Below are positions 20,741-31,350 of a DNA stretch of 64,000 bases, piece by piece. Origin of the DNA: Trueperaceae bacterium. GTDB taxonomy: Bacteria > Deinococcota > Deinococci > Deinococcales > Trueperaceae. The DNA is taken from positions 1,696,001 through 1,760,000 of the forward strand of contig OZ243913.1 in NCBI GenBank assembly GCA_965213705.1. Reading direction: 5' to 3'. A program made the position numbers and the translations under genes. Positions within the stretch are counted from its first letter, which is position 1; every line of letters begins with the position of its first letter. The notes beneath the pieces are model-generated. The model made no database searches and was not told the origin of the DNA. It was given only the letters and a program-made list of their open reading frames with translations.

Positions 20741-21178
20741 TCAGCCAAGTGTTGCAAAGTCGAAGTCGTCGGCAAAAGGATTTAGAAAAGTCACGCCTTC
20801 GACCGTCGCACCGCTTGCGAAGTCTTCACTCAGCACGACGGGCAGTTGATGCAGCTTGGCCGCCGCCCAGACTTGCGCGTCGTAGTAGCTGAAGCGGTGG
20901 TCTCTCACTCCGCGCAACGCTTCGAAAACGACCCACTCGGAGAGCGGTAAAATCTGGAAAGCCTTGGCTAAGTCCTCTATCTGGTCATACACTTCTTGGG
21001 GGGAAAGCTTAAACTTTCTCAGTGTTACGCTGGCATACTCGGCCAGGGCTTGAGCTGACAGGGCCGCTCGACCACGGGTGGAAAGCGCTTTGAGCACCTC
21101 GCCGGCACGATTTCCTTTGGCCGTCTCTGCCTCGTCGTGCGGATAGACGAGCACGTTGGTGTCGAGCAAAAAGGTCAT
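20741..21178 (-). CDS. PIN-domain (VapC-like) toxin
   Basis: LLDTNVLVY, QALAE, SYYDAQV, LSEDF, NPF. Confidence 0.9.
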   Translation of the reverse strand: MTFLLDTNVLVYPHDEAETAKGNRAGEVLKALSTRGRAALSAQALAEYASVTLRKFKLSPQEVYDQIEDLAKAFQILPLSEWVVFEALRGVRDHRFSYYDAQVWAAAKLHQLPVVLSEDFASGATVEGVTFLNPFADDFDFATLG

Positions 21179-21459
21179 TCCTTTTTATCCCATTTTGTAA
21201 AGCGTTCGTCTTCTTCGTAAAGTGCCTGGCGGTCGAAGCGGTAGCCTGCAAGGGCGGAGTGCGTCTTGGCGAGCCTTTCGGCTCGAGCTAAAAAGTCTGT
21301 AACGGCCTTGCGACCGGCCACATCGACCTTCTTTGCCCCTTTCAGCGCGTCGTCGAGCGCTCGCCTCACCACCTCGGCCTCGGACACGCCGAGTTCCTTT
21401 GCTCGCCTTTTGAGGGCTTTGTTTTGGGCTTCTTCTAAGTAAAGCTGTTTGCGAATCAT
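21175..21459 (-). CDS. CopG/RHH antitoxin
   Basis: MIRKQLYL...LKRRAKELGVSEAEVVRRALD; 4-nt overlap with the PIN gene; TATAAT 6 nt upstream. Confidence 0.85.
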   Translation of the reverse strand: MIRKQLYLEEAQNKALKRRAKELGVSEAEVVRRALDDALKGAKKVDVAGRKAVTDFLARAERLAKTHSALAGYRFDRQALYEEDERFTKWDKKE

Positions 21460-21531
21460 AACTACATTATATACGTCAGGAAAGGAGTCAGAATTCAGCA
21501 GCTCCGCTTTATGCCGACTCCTTTTATTCAG

Positions 21532-23556
21532 CTAGCGCCGCGCCGCCACTTTGGGCTTTTTGCCCGGCAGCGTCGTCATCTTGACTTCTTTGCCCTGCAA
21601 CTGCGCCTCGACCTCGCGTATGCGGTCACGCACCGCGGCGGCCCGCTCGAAGTCCAAAGCTTCTGAGGCGGCCCACATTTCGGTCTCCAAAGTCGCCAAC
21701 TCGCCTTTGAGGTCGTCCATGACGAGTTCGCGCTCCCAGGGGTCGAGTTGGGTATCTTCACCCTCTTTCTCGCCGCGGATGACCTGGCGGATGGTCTTTT
21801 GAATCGTTTCGGGCGTGATGTGGTGCTTTTCGTTGTAGGCGAGCTGTTTTTCGCGGCGGCGGTCGGTCTCGTCTATCGCGGCCTGCATCGCGTCGCTGAC
21901 CACGTCGGCGTAGAGAAACACCTCGCCCCGCACGTTGCGCGCCGCGCGGCCGATGGTCTGGATGAGGCTGCGCTCGCTCCGCAGAAAGCCGGTCTTGTCG
22001 GCGTCCAAAATCGCCACGAGCGAGACTTCGGGCAAGTCCAGACCTTCCCGCAACAAGTTGATGCCGATGAGCACGTCGAAGTGGCCGAGTCGCAGGTCGC
22101 GGATGATGACCTGGCGTTCTATAGCCTCGATGTCCGAGTGCATGTAGCGCACCTTGAGGCCTTGCTGGGCGAGGTACTCGGTTAGGTCTTCCGACATTTT
22201 TTTGGTGAGGGTGGTGACCAGTACGCGCTCGTCGCGTTTGGCGCGCTCACGAATGGCGAAGACTAAGTCGTCGATTTGTCCGCGGCTCGGTTTGACCGTG
22301 ATGTGCGGGTCGATGAGGCCGGTCGGGCGAATCACTTGCTCGGCGACGTAGTCCGAGTGGGAAAATTCGAACTCGGCGGGCGTCGCCGACACGAACACGA
22401 CCTGGCCGACGCGGTCGAAAAACTCGTCTTGTTTCAGGGGCCGGTTGTCGAGCGCGGCGGGGAGTCGGAAGCCGTAGTCGATGAGGGTGGACTTTCTGGC
22501 CCGGTCGCCGTTGTACATGCCGCGCACCTGGCTGACCATGTTGTGCGACTCGTCCATAAAGGTGATGAAGTTGTCCGGGAAATAGTCCAGCAGCGTGTGG
22601 GGCGGCTCGCCGGGTTGGCGGCCGTCCAAGTAACGCGAGTGGTTCTCGATGCCGTTGCAGTAACCCAAAGTCCGCAGCATCTCCACGTCGTACATGGTGC
22701 GCTCTTTCAAACGCTGGCGTTCTAAGAGCTTGTCGGACTTTTCGAAAAACTCCAAGCGCCGCCCCAAGTCGTATTCGATTTGCTGGATGGCGGGCTCGAG
22801 CTTGTCCTGCGGCGTCACGTAGTGTTTGGCGGGAAATACAGTAACGCTCTCCAAAGTTTGCAGCTCGTCGCCGGTCAAGGGGTCGGTCATCACCAAGCGG
22901 TCGATTTCGTCGCCCCACAGTTCGATGCGCAACGGGTTCTCCTCGTACGCCGCCCAAATCTCGACCACGTCGCCGCGCGCCCGGAATCTTCCGGGTGCGA
23001 GTTCGATGTCGTTGCGCTCGTACTGCTGCAGGATGAGTCGGCTCAGGATGTCGTCGCGGCTCAACTTGCCGCCGACAGTTAAAAGCAGGTTGAGGTTTTT
23101 GTACTCGTCGGGCGACCCCAAGCCATAAATGGCCGACACCGAAGCCACCACGATCACGTCCTTGCGGGTCAGCAAACTGCGCGTGGTCGAGTGGCGCAGA
23201 CGTTCCAGTTCGTCGTTGATGTTGGCGTCTTTTTCGATAAAGAGGTCTCTCGCGGGCACGTAAGCCTCGGGCTGGTAGTAGTCGTAATAGGAAATAAAGA
23301 ACTCGACCGCCGCGGTGGGAAAAAACTCCCGAAACTCGCCCGCGAGTTGCGCCGTGAGAATCTTGTTCGGCGCGAGGATGAGGGCGGGGCGCTGCGTGGC
23401 CTCGATAATCTTGGCAATGGTAAAGGTTTTGCCGGTCCCCGTCGCTCCCAACAGCGTCTGAAAACGCAACCCGTCGTTTAAGCCTTCGACGAGGCCTTGA
23501 ATGGCTTGCGGCTGGTCGCCTTTCGGACTAAAAGGAGAGTGAACCTCTAGTGGCAT
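21532..23556 (-). CDS. uvrB: Excinuclease ABC subunit B
   Basis: [48 protein letters not shown] domain. Confidence 0.98.
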   Translation of the reverse strand: MPLEVHSPFSPKGDQPQAIQGLVEGLNDGLRFQTLLGATGTGKTFTIAKIIEATQRPALILAPNKILTAQLAGEFREFFPTAAVEFFISYYDYYQPEAYVPARDLFIEKDANINDELERLRHSTTRSLLTRKDVIVVASVSAIYGLGSPDEYKNLNLLLTVGGKLSRDDILSRLILQQYERNDIELAPGRFRARGDVVEIWAAYEENPLRIELWGDEIDRLVMTDPLTGDELQTLESVTVFPAKHYVTPQDKLEPAIQQIEYDLGRRLEFFEKSDKLLERQRLKERTMYDVEMLRTLGYCNGIENHSRYLDGRQPGEPPHTLLDYFPDNFITFMDESHNMVSQVRGMYNGDRARKSTLIDYGFRLPAALDNRPLKQDEFFDRVGQVVFVSATPAEFEFSHSDYVAEQVIRPTGLIDPHITVKPSRGQIDDLVFAIRERAKRDERVLVTTLTKKMSEDLTEYLAQQGLKVRYMHSDIEAIERQVIIRDLRLGHFDVLIGINLLREGLDLPEVSLVAILDADKTGFLRSERSLIQTIGRAARNVRGEVFLYADVVSDAMQAAIDETDRRREKQLAYNEKHHITPETIQKTIRQVIRGEKEGEDTQLDPWERELVMDDLKGELATLETEMWAASEALDFERAAAVRDRIREVEAQLQGKEVKMTTLPGKKPKVAARR

Positions 23557-23702
23557 CCGTCTATTTTACCCCAATAAAGCACCTGTTCCATGTCGGCTCG
23601 AGCTACAGGTTTGTGCGTGAACAGCGCAGAACAGGGACGTTCCGCGCTGAGGTTGAAATGTGCGCACGCGCAGGCTTCCCCTTAGACTTTGACCAAGACG
23701 AG

Positions 23703-24330
23703 CTACTCGGCGACGCGAGCGAAGCTGAGCACGTAAAAAGGATTGGAAGTCTGCCCCGTGTCGGCTTCCAGCCTGAGGACGAGACCGTCGTCCCCCGCGC
23801 ACTCGTACGCACCGACGAGCCCCGGCTGAGACGCCCCCAAAATGTCCCGACCCACGCCTCCAGAGCGTCCGGTGCAGCGGGATGGGTTGCGAAGTAGAGC
23901 CGCCACGCCCGCGCCAGGGTGCTGAGAGGCACCGATTTGTCGCCGAGCCTACCCCGAACCAGGCTGAAGTTGCCCTTCGTTTTGTGCTGGACGAAGTCGA
24001 GAAGCAGCCGCGTTTTGCCCACACCTGCCGGCCCGGAGACATAAACGGCTTGTCTTCTTTCCCAGGCCCGCTCCAGCCGCTCCCACGCCGCTTCGCGGCC
24101 GACCAGAAGGGGAGGACGGAGCAGTTCGGGAGGAAGCCGCCGTAAACCCGGCGACCCCCGAGGTGCGGTGAGCGCATTTTCGACCGCCGCGGCGAGCTGT
24201 TCGGTTTCGGGCAGCGGCGCTACGCCGAGTTCTTCAGCCGGTACGCGGCAAGTTCGAACTGCTGCCGCGCCGCGTAGAGGTTGCCCCGTTGCCACTCGAG
24301 CCGCATCACCGTGCGGTGCATACGCGGACC
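23703..24330 (-). pseudogene. Remnant of a BTAD/SARP + AAA ATPase transcriptional activator
   Basis: Pieces in different frames: HRTVMRLEWQRGN (BTAD), EELGVAPLPET, LVGREAAW...GPAGVGKTRLL (Walker A), then breaks; boundaries approximate. Confidence 0.7.
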
Positions 24331-24493
24331 TCTAGCCGGTTTGTAAACATCTCGAGACCAGTATAGCTGCCAGTAGCTGCAGCCCGGCTGCGCGCTCGGG
24401 TCGGGCTGCAGCTTGTAGAGCGTGCCTACGTTCACCCCCGAAAGTCGGGTGTTAAACTAGGCCGCTACACAAAATCTGAAAGGAGCTTACACC

Positions 24494-24916
24494 ATGCCAA
24501 CTCGCACAGCTGAAGCCGTTTGGAAGGGCAACTTGAAAGAGGGTTCCGGGTCGGTCAAGACCGAGAGCGGCGCGCTCGACGGCAGCTACTCGTTTCCGTC
24601 GCGGTTTGAAAGCGGCAAGGGCACGAACCCCGAAGAGCTTTTGGGCGCAGCCCACGCGGCCTGCTATTCGATGGCACTGTCGAACGCGCTCGCCGAGGCG
24701 GGCCACACGCCTGAGAGTGTCACCACCACCGCCAAAGTCCATCTGGACGCGAAAAGCGGCCCCAACATCAACAAAATCGACCTGCAAACCGAAGCCGAGG
24801 TGCCGGGTCTGGACGAGTCCACCTTTCAGGAGCACGCCAAACAAGCCAAAGAGAACTGCCCCATCTCGAAAGCTCTCAAAGCGGTCGAGATAAGTTTAGA
24901 CGCCAAGCTGCTCTAG
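24494..24916 (+). CDS. osmC: OsmC family peroxiredoxin
   Basis: GTNPEELLGAAHAACYSMAL and AKENCPIS; AAGGAG RBS. Confidence 0.93.
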   Translation: MPTRTAEAVWKGNLKEGSGSVKTESGALDGSYSFPSRFESGKGTNPEELLGAAHAACYSMALSNALAEAGHTPESVTTTAKVHLDAKSGPNINKIDLQTEAEVPGLDESTFQEHAKQAKENCPISKALKAVEISLDAKLL

Positions 24917-25006
24917 TCCCGACCCGACGTCGTGAGTCCCGCAAGCAAACGGCTGGCAGGTCTTTTTTACGGTTCTTTCGCGGTCGGTTGCGGTAGGCTT
25001 GGGACC

Positions 25007-25558
25007 ATGCGAAACATCTCTGTCGTGTTTACGCTTTTGGTCCTGTTGGGCTGCGCGCCTCGAGCCGTAACCCAAGCCACCGCGAGCCCTACCCCGAACG
25101 CTACCTCACCTAACGCTACCTCGCCCGCGCGCCCGGCACCTGCCGAATTCGAGCAGATGGTCGCGCGGGTCAACGAGGTGCGTTCGAGCGGTTACGACTG
25201 TGGTGAGGGCGGCAACTTCGGACCCGCCCCGCAGCTCGCGTGGAACCCCGTCTTGGCCGAGGCCGCCGCGGACCACAGCCGCGACATGGCCGAAAACAGT
25301 TTTTTCAGCCACACCGGTTCAAACGGCGGCGATGTGTCCGACCGGGTCGAGCGGCGCGGTTACGAGTGGTCGGCCGTCGGTGAAAATTTGGCCGAGGCCA
25401 CGCCCGGCCACTTCACGCAGCAGTCCGTGGTCGAGGGGTGGCTGACGAGTCCCGGCCACTGCGCCAACCTGTTGCGCCCCGACTTTCGCGAAATCGGCGC
25501 GGCGAAGGTGACGGGTGACCTGGAATACTGGACGCAAGTGTTCGGCGCGTTGCGCTAA
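25007..25558 (+). CDS. CAP/SCP domain lipoprotein
   Basis: Lipobox LLGC; HSRDMA, FSHTG, GENLA, WLTSPGHCANL, YWTQVFG. Confidence 0.88.
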   Translation: MRNISVVFTLLVLLGCAPRAVTQATASPTPNATSPNATSPARPAPAEFEQMVARVNEVRSSGYDCGEGGNFGPAPQLAWNPVLAEAAADHSRDMAENSFFSHTGSNGGDVSDRVERRGYEWSAVGENLAEATPGHFTQQSVVEGWLTSPGHCANLLRPDFREIGAAKVTGDLEYWTQVFGALR

Positions 25559-26290
25559 TCAGCCTGGAACTTTTATCGCGTAGTCGTTCAAGCGTTCAAA
25601 GTAGGGTAGACACTCGTTCAGCAGGGGCTCGAGCCGCTTTGGCAGCGCCACGCTTTTGGATTGGTAGGGCGCAAAACCCGTCGACGCGTGGACCCGGGTG
25701 TACCAGTAGGGTGCCCACACGCCGTCTTCGGGTTTGGGGCCGGCGGGCCAGCTCAGCATCGACGGTTCGAAGGGCAACCCCAGCCGCTCGCAAGCCGAAC
25801 TCAGCACGCCCTCGGGATTTTTGAGAATCTCGCCCGCCTCTAAAACGACGGGTGTGCGCCCTTGCGACACTTCGCGTTCCAAAACTTCGACCTGGTACTC
25901 GAGCCCGGTATCGCGCAACGTCGGCTCGGGAATTTGGTGTGCGAGCGAAGCCAGCATGGCACGTGGGTCGCGGGTGAGCAGCAAGTTGGTGAGGTCGTCC
26001 AAAAAGTCACGCTTTACGCCGACCAAGTGGTGCGCCATGTTCTTGAAAAACACCACCGGCCGCTCGCAAGGCCCGAGCAGGGTGTCGCGGACGACGCGCT
26101 CGCCGTCGGTTTCCACCGTTTCCAAAACCGCCCGCGCCCCCGGATGCTCGGCGTTCGTCACCCGGAGGTAGTGGCCGTACAGGGGCTCGTCCACCACGCG
26201 GGTGTCCGAGCGCTGCCGAAAGGCGTACATGACGGCGGTCGAAAGGTTGCGCGGCCCCGACCACAGCGACAGGCGCAAGCACTCGCTCAT
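25559..26290 (-). CDS. Sulfotransferase-like P-loop protein (BCAT-associated)
   Basis: LWSGPRNLSTAVMYAF, DEPLY, FKNMAHH, GVWAPYWY. Confidence 0.8.
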   Translation of the reverse strand: MSECLRLSLWSGPRNLSTAVMYAFRQRSDTRVVDEPLYGHYLRVTNAEHPGARAVLETVETDGERVVRDTLLGPCERPVVFFKNMAHHLVGVKRDFLDDLTNLLLTRDPRAMLASLAHQIPEPTLRDTGLEYQVEVLEREVSQGRTPVVLEAGEILKNPEGVLSSACERLGLPFEPSMLSWPAGPKPEDGVWAPYWYTRVHASTGFAPYQSKSVALPKRLEPLLNECLPYFERLNDYAIKVPG

Positions 26291-27243
26291 TCGTAACTTG
26301 CCACCGCCGCTTTGTACAAGCGGCTGAGCTGTGCGGTCACGGGGCCGGCCTCGCCGTTGCCGACGGCCCTACCGTCGACGGCCACGACCGGCGTCAGGCT
26401 GCCGAAGGTGCCGGTCACGAAACTCTCGTCGGCGCTGTACACGTCGGTCAGCGAAAAGTCTTTCTCAAACGCCGGAACGCCGTTGGCCCGGCACAGCTCG
26501 AGCACCAGCCGCCGCGTGACGCCGTTCAAGCAGTGCTGCCCCGTGGAGGTCCACACCGCCCCACGCGTGACGATAAAAAAGTTCGTCGCGTTGCACGTCG
26601 CAACAAAGCCGTTCACGTCCAACATCAGCGCTTCGTCGGCACCGGCGTGGAGGGCCTGGATGAGCGCCATGACCTCGTGCAGTTTGCTGTGGCAGTTCAG
26701 TTTGGCGTCTAAGGTCTGCGGTGGGGGTCGCCGCACCGTAGACGTAAACAGCCGAATGCCCTGCGTCGTCACCGCCGGGTCGGCGACCTTGTGCTCCGCG
26801 ATGATGACGATGTTGGGCGCGCCCACGGTCAGGCGTGGGTCTTGTGCGGGCGTCTTTTTGTTGCCCCGCGTGACCATCAGCCGAGCATGAACGTCCGTGT
26901 GCATGTCGTTGCGCCGCACGGTTGCGTAAAGCGCTTCGGTCAGTTCGGCGCGGCTCTTACCGATGTTCAGGTCGACGGTTTTGGCCCCTTGGAACAGCCG
27001 GTCCAAGTGCCGGTCTAAAAACACGAACCTGCCCTCAAAGAGCCGAATCCCCTCCCAAACCCCGTCGCCGACGAGGTAACCGCTGTCGAACACGGAGATT
27101 TTGGCCTCGTCGCGGTGGAAGAACTCGCCGTTGATGTAAACAAAAACGTCTTTGTTGCGCTCGTCGGGCAGGGCTTCGTGGGTGCCCGAGGTCGCCGGTC
27201 GGTCGTCGGTGTGGCGTGCAGAAGTGTCAAGGTCGCGGGTCAC
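26287..27243 (-). CDS. Aminotransferase class IV (BCAT/DAAT-like)
   Basis: AKISVFDSG..GDGVWEG, catalytic K in AKLNCHSKL, DEALMLD, ESFVTGT. Confidence 0.9.
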   Translation of the reverse strand: MTRDLDTSARHTDDRPATSGTHEALPDERNKDVFVYINGEFFHRDEAKISVFDSGYLVGDGVWEGIRLFEGRFVFLDRHLDRLFQGAKTVDLNIGKSRAELTEALYATVRRNDMHTDVHARLMVTRGNKKTPAQDPRLTVGAPNIVIIAEHKVADPAVTTQGIRLFTSTVRRPPPQTLDAKLNCHSKLHEVMALIQALHAGADEALMLDVNGFVATCNATNFFIVTRGAVWTSTGQHCLNGVTRRLVLELCRANGVPAFEKDFSLTDVYSADESFVTGTFGSLTPVVAVDGRAVGNGEAGPVTAQLSRLYKAAVASYE

Positions 27244-27433
27244 GGGGTCACCTCGAGCGCTATTAAAACACGCTCAGGTCGGGGGCGGCTGCAGGTTCAG
27301 GTAGCTGCGTCAGGCAGCTGTGCCAGGTAGCCGCGAGTCTGCAAGGTCGTCGCCCAAACGCTCCAGGGCGAGGGTCGCACACCCACTGAAATTCACCCAC
27401 CGCGTTTAAAACGCTTTGTCGAACCTGTTTCAT

Positions 27434-27470
27434 AAAAAGGGAGGCCCACCTGGGGGGAGGCAGGCCTCTC
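27434..27470 (-). terminator. Intrinsic terminator with a C6 loop (3' end of an sRNA candidate)
   Basis: Minus strand GAGAGGCCTGCCT-CCCCCC-AGGTGGGCCTCCC-TTTTT. Confidence 0.65.
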
Positions 27471-27798
27471 GCTCACAGGGTACCGCACCGTGGCGCCGCA
27501 AACCCAGAGAAAAGCCGAGTGTTGGCTTTCTTACTCACCTTCTTGATATGCACACTTGGTATGCACAAGACCCGCTCGCTTTGCAAACGAACGCGCCGGG
27601 AGAGGTTTTTGGGGGTTCGCTCACGGCAGGCCGGCGAGGTCGAGGCCTTACGACACCGACGTTTGACCTCGCAACACCGACGTTTAACCTGGACGCCGGG
27701 GACGCACGTAAGTCTTACCCCCAGAAGACTTACACCCCCAGAGGTTCACACCCCAGGAAACTTACAAAGGGCTGACACAAACCTGACATACTCCCGAC

Positions 27799-29097
27799 AT
27801 GCCTCCGAACACGACGAATGCGGACCCCGGACCCCCGCGGTTACGGCGTGAACTCGGTTTGTTCGGCGCAACCATGCTCGGGCTGGGCTCGGTCGTGGGG
27901 ACGGGCGTGTTCGTGTCCGTCGGCGTGGCGGCGGGGGTGGCGGGGTCGGGGGTGGTGTTGGCGGTGGTGCTGGGCGCGGTCGTGGCGGGGTTCAACGGGC
28001 TCTCGAGCGCTCAACTCGCCGCCTATCACCCGGTCTCGGGCGGCACCTACGAGTACGGCTACGCTTTTTTGAATCCGACCCTCGGTTTTGTCGCAGGTTG
28101 GACTTTTCTGCTCGCCAAGAGTGCGTCGGCGGCGTCGGCGGCTCTCGGGTTTGCAGGCTACGTGCTGGCCGTGTCCGGAGCGCCGCAGGCGTGGCGGACA
28201 GCGGTCGCGCTGTCGGCCGTGACCGCGCTGACCCTGATGGTGCTGTCGGGCTTGCGCCGTTCGAACCTTGCAAACACCGTTATCGTGTCGCTGACCCTGC
28301 TGTCGCTGCTCGTTTTTATCGTGGCGGGAACGCCCACGGCCTTAACGAACGCAGGCGTCAACCTCGACCTGTCCGGCGCGACCGACCTTCGCGCGCTGCT
28401 TTACGCGACCGCCCTGATGTTCGTGGCCTACACGGGCTACGGGCGCATTGCCACGTTGGGCGAAGAGGTCAAAGACCCGCCGCGCACCGTGCCCCGCGCC
28501 ATCATCGTGACGCTGCTCGTGACGATGACGCTGTACGCGCTCGTCGCCGTGGTCGGGGTGGGCGCGGTCGGGGCGAGCGCGTTGGGGGAGCCCGGCAACC
28601 GCGCGGCACCTTTGGAGCGCGCCGCCGTGAGTTTCGGCGTGGGGTTCGTGCCTGAAATCGTCACTTTCGGCGCGGTGACGGCGCTGCTCGGCGTGCTCTT
28701 AAACCTCGTGCTGGGTTTGTCCCGCGTGCTCCTGGCAATGGCGCGCAGGCGCGACGTGCCCTTCGCCCTCGCCAAGCTCGAGCCCCAGGGCAAAACGCCG
28801 ACGCGCGCGGTGGTCGCGGTGGGCGTCGGTGTCGGCGCGCTCACGCTCCTTGGCGACGTCAAAACGACGTGGTCGTTCAGCGCCTTTGCGGTCCTCGTTT
28901 ACTACGCGATTACGAACCTCGCCGCGCTGTACTTGCCCGCCGCCGGGCGCAGGTTTCCGACGTGGTTTTCGGCGGCGGGTTTGGTCGCCTGCTTGGGGCT
29001 GGCCTTTTTTGTCGAACAGCGAGTGTGGCTGGCGGGCGTGGCGGCCATCGCCGTCGGTTTGGTGTGGCACCGGGTGGCGCGGCGGCTCGGCGGTTAG
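27799..29097 (+). CDS. APC family amino acid permease
   Basis: LRRELGL, GSVVGTGVF, PVSGGTYEY, AYTGY...LGEEVKDP. Confidence 0.9.
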   Translation: MPPNTTNADPGPPRLRRELGLFGATMLGLGSVVGTGVFVSVGVAAGVAGSGVVLAVVLGAVVAGFNGLSSAQLAAYHPVSGGTYEYGYAFLNPTLGFVAGWTFLLAKSASAASAALGFAGYVLAVSGAPQAWRTAVALSAVTALTLMVLSGLRRSNLANTVIVSLTLLSLLVFIVAGTPTALTNAGVNLDLSGATDLRALLYATALMFVAYTGYGRIATLGEEVKDPPRTVPRAIIVTLLVTMTLYALVAVVGVGAVGASALGEPGNRAAPLERAAVSFGVGFVPEIVTFGAVTALLGVLLNLVLGLSRVLLAMARRRDVPFALAKLEPQGKTPTRAVVAVGVGVGALTLLGDVKTTWSFSAFAVLVYYAITNLAALYLPAAGRRFPTWFSAAGLVACLGLAFFVEQRVWLAGVAAIAVGLVWHRVARRLGG

Positions 29098-29251
29098 CGA
29101 CGACCAAAACGGCCTGCGCTGGCACGGCCTCGAGCCCCGACGAGTCCGGGGCGGCGCTTTCTTCAAACCTGACGGACACATCAAGCCGAACACGAGCAAG
29201 ACGAACATGTCAAGCCGGACAAGTCAAAGGTGAACATATGCACACGCTCGG

Positions 29252-29279
29252 TTGACATCGCGCGGCCCCGGCTTATAAT
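29252..29279 (+). promoter_or_regulatory. Sigma70 promoter of the greA-lpt cluster
   Basis: TTGACA-16 nt-TATAAT. Confidence 0.8.
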
Positions 29280-29298
29280 CGTTGGGCGAAGGAGTGGT

Positions 29299-29775
29299 AT
29301 GGCGAAGAAACCGATTTTCCTGACCCCGCAGGGGTTGGAACGCATCAAAGAAGAACTCATCCACCTCAAAGACGTCAAGCGGCAGGAGTTGTCCGAGTAC
29401 ATGGGCAAGGCCATCGAGGACGGCGACTTGCGCGAGAGTGCCGCCTACGACGAGGCGAGGTTGTTGCAGAGCGCCAACGAAACGCGTATCGCGGACTTAG
29501 AAGAAATCATCCACCGCGCCCAGGTGGTCGAGGCCGAGGCGGGCGAGGACGCGCCGGCGCGTTTGGGCGCGAGTCTGGTGCTCGAGGGTGTAGGCGGCGA
29601 ACACGAGACCTTTTACCTCGTCGGCACGCACGAGGCCGATATTTTTGAAAACCGCATCTCGGACGAGTCGCCTCTGGGCCGCGAACTCATGGGCAAGCGC
29701 GCGGGCGACAAGGTCGCCGTACCCCTGCGCGACACGACGGCCCAGTACACGGTCGTCGACGTCAAGTTTGAGTAA
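29299..29775 (+). CDS. greA: Transcription elongation factor GreA
   Basis: LTPQG, GDLRESAAYDEA, ISDESPLGRELMG; AAGGAG RBS. Confidence 0.92.
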   Translation: MAKKPIFLTPQGLERIKEELIHLKDVKRQELSEYMGKAIEDGDLRESAAYDEARLLQSANETRIADLEEIIHRAQVVEAEAGEDAPARLGASLVLEGVGGEHETFYLVGTHEADIFENRISDESPLGRELMGKRAGDKVAVPLRDTTAQYTVVDVKFE

Positions 29776-29846
29776 GCCCCTATTCCCAAGGCCGGCTTTA
29801 CGTGCGCGTCACGCTTCTCATGGCTTTAGCTTAAAAGATTGACAGT

Positions 29847-30410
29847 GTGCTCAAGGCTGCTTTTTTGACGCTTGCCCTCGTCGTCGGGGGACTCGTCGTT
29901 TTGGCGCTGTTGCCCAGGGGCGAGCGCGTGGTGCCGGACAGCACGATAGCGCTGAGCGGCGCTGCTGTCACGCTGTTTCCCCAGGCCGACCCGGAAGCCG
30001 TCTGGCACTTCGCCTCACCCAGAGTTGACTACGACCCCGACACGCGTGAAACGGTTTTGCACGACTTGCAGGACGGCGCTCGCACGGTGAACGGTGAAAC
30101 CGACTTCACCCTCGCCTCGGACGAGGTCGTTATCGGCAGCGACGAGAACATCACGGGCGACCTGATAACGGCCTACATCCCCGACGCGGCCATCACGCTG
30201 ACGATGCGTTCCGGGGCGGGTCGCCCGGTCGTGCTGGACCAGCGGCAGGGTAAGTTCATCGTTCCCGACCTGTACTTTACGGGCGAGGGTCTGGGCGACA
30301 ACACCGCCAAAAACGCGACCATGAATTTCGACACCTCGAACCTGGAGGCCGACTGTGCCTACGAGACCTGTCAGAACCAGTTTATCGACGAGAACGCGCG
30401 GCAGCCGTGA
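29847..30410 (+). CDS. LptC-like membrane-anchored beta-jellyroll protein
   Basis: N-terminal TM helix, beta-rich body, upstream of two LptA/OstA-like genes. Confidence 0.5.
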   Translation: MLKAAFLTLALVVGGLVVLALLPRGERVVPDSTIALSGAAVTLFPQADPEAVWHFASPRVDYDPDTRETVLHDLQDGARTVNGETDFTLASDEVVIGSDENITGDLITAYIPDAAITLTMRSGAGRPVVLDQRQGKFIVPDLYFTGEGLGDNTAKNATMNFDTSNLEADCAYETCQNQFIDENARQP

Positions 30411-30429
30411 CCGCCAAAGGAGCGTACCC

Positions 30430-31350
30430 GTGAGCCGATTGAAACTTTTTTCGACCGCCCTCAGCTTGCTGCTGGTTACCGCGTTGGCCCAGGACGTGAG
30501 CGAACGCATCATCACTATCGACTTCAGCGGGGGTTCGCAGCGTATGGAGAACCTGCGTTACGGCCCCATCGCCTACACCCACCCCGACCCGGAAGGCATC
30601 ACGGCGGTGGTGTCGAACCTCAACATTTTTGCCCACGAAGCCACTTTGCGCGGGCCCGAAGACGAGCAGGTGCCTCTTTCGCAAGCCCAAGGGCGGCGCG
30701 TCGCTACGTTCGGCGACGGCGTCCGCGTGGCTCGCAACCGCTTAGAGTCCAGGGGCTCGAGCCTCGTCTACAGCGAAGAAAGCGGTTTGGGTACGCTCTC
30801 CGGTGGCGTGGACATCCTGGTCGCGCCCAAAGAAGAGGGGGACGACCCCGTCGCCATCACCGCGCAAGAGGCCGAGTTTGACGTCGACACCGACGTGAGC
30901 GTCAGCAAGGGGGACGTGCAACTCACGACCGGCAACCAGAGCGCGACCTCGGACACCCTGGAATACGAAGAGGACCGGGACTTGGGCTGTCTGCGGAGCG
31001 AGGGCGCTCAGGTCACGGCGCGGCGTGCAGGCGACGACGGTGACGAACTGCTCATCACGGCGGACACGGTTTGTACCCTGACCGAACAGGATAAACTCTT
31101 GGCAAAAGGCAACGTGACCATCGTGGACGGTTCGATTACCAGCCGGGGCGACACCGTGTTTTTCGACGACAGCCAGTCTCGAGCCGAAATCATCGGCAAC
31201 GCGACCTCGGTCGACGAAGCGGAAGGCTTTGAAATTTCGGGCGACCGCATCGAGCAGCGCACCGACCTCGACACGGTGCGCATCGTCGACGCCTCGGTGC
31301 CGACCGAGTTTACCGAAGACGAGTTCACCCTTACGCGCAACCTGCCATGA
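30430..31350 (+). CDS. LptA/OstA-like periplasmic protein
   Basis: AAGGAG + GTG 30430, signal peptide, repeated ITA...A.GNVTI...GD jellyroll strands. Confidence 0.65.
   Translation: MSRLKLFSTALSLLLVTALAQDVSERIITIDFSGGSQRMENLRYGPIAYTHPDPEGITAVVSNLNIFAHEATLRGPEDEQVPLSQAQGRRVATFGDGVRVARNRLESRGSSLVYSEESGLGTLSGGVDILVAPKEEGDDPVAITAQEAEFDVDTDVSVSKGDVQLTTGNQSATSDTLEYEEDRDLGCLRSEGAQVTARRAGDDGDELLITADTVCTLTEQDKLLAKGNVTIVDGSITSRGDTVFFDDSQSRAEIIGNATSVDEAEGFEISGDRIEQRTDLDTVRIVDASVPTEFTEDEFTLTRNLP

Noticed and set aside
23557..23640. Canonical RDRM upstream of uvrB
   Set aside because: No 17-bp match with the expected spacing
27650..27790. Repeats as a possible CRISPR array
   Set aside because: Units are short and adjacent, with no unique spacers and no cas genes
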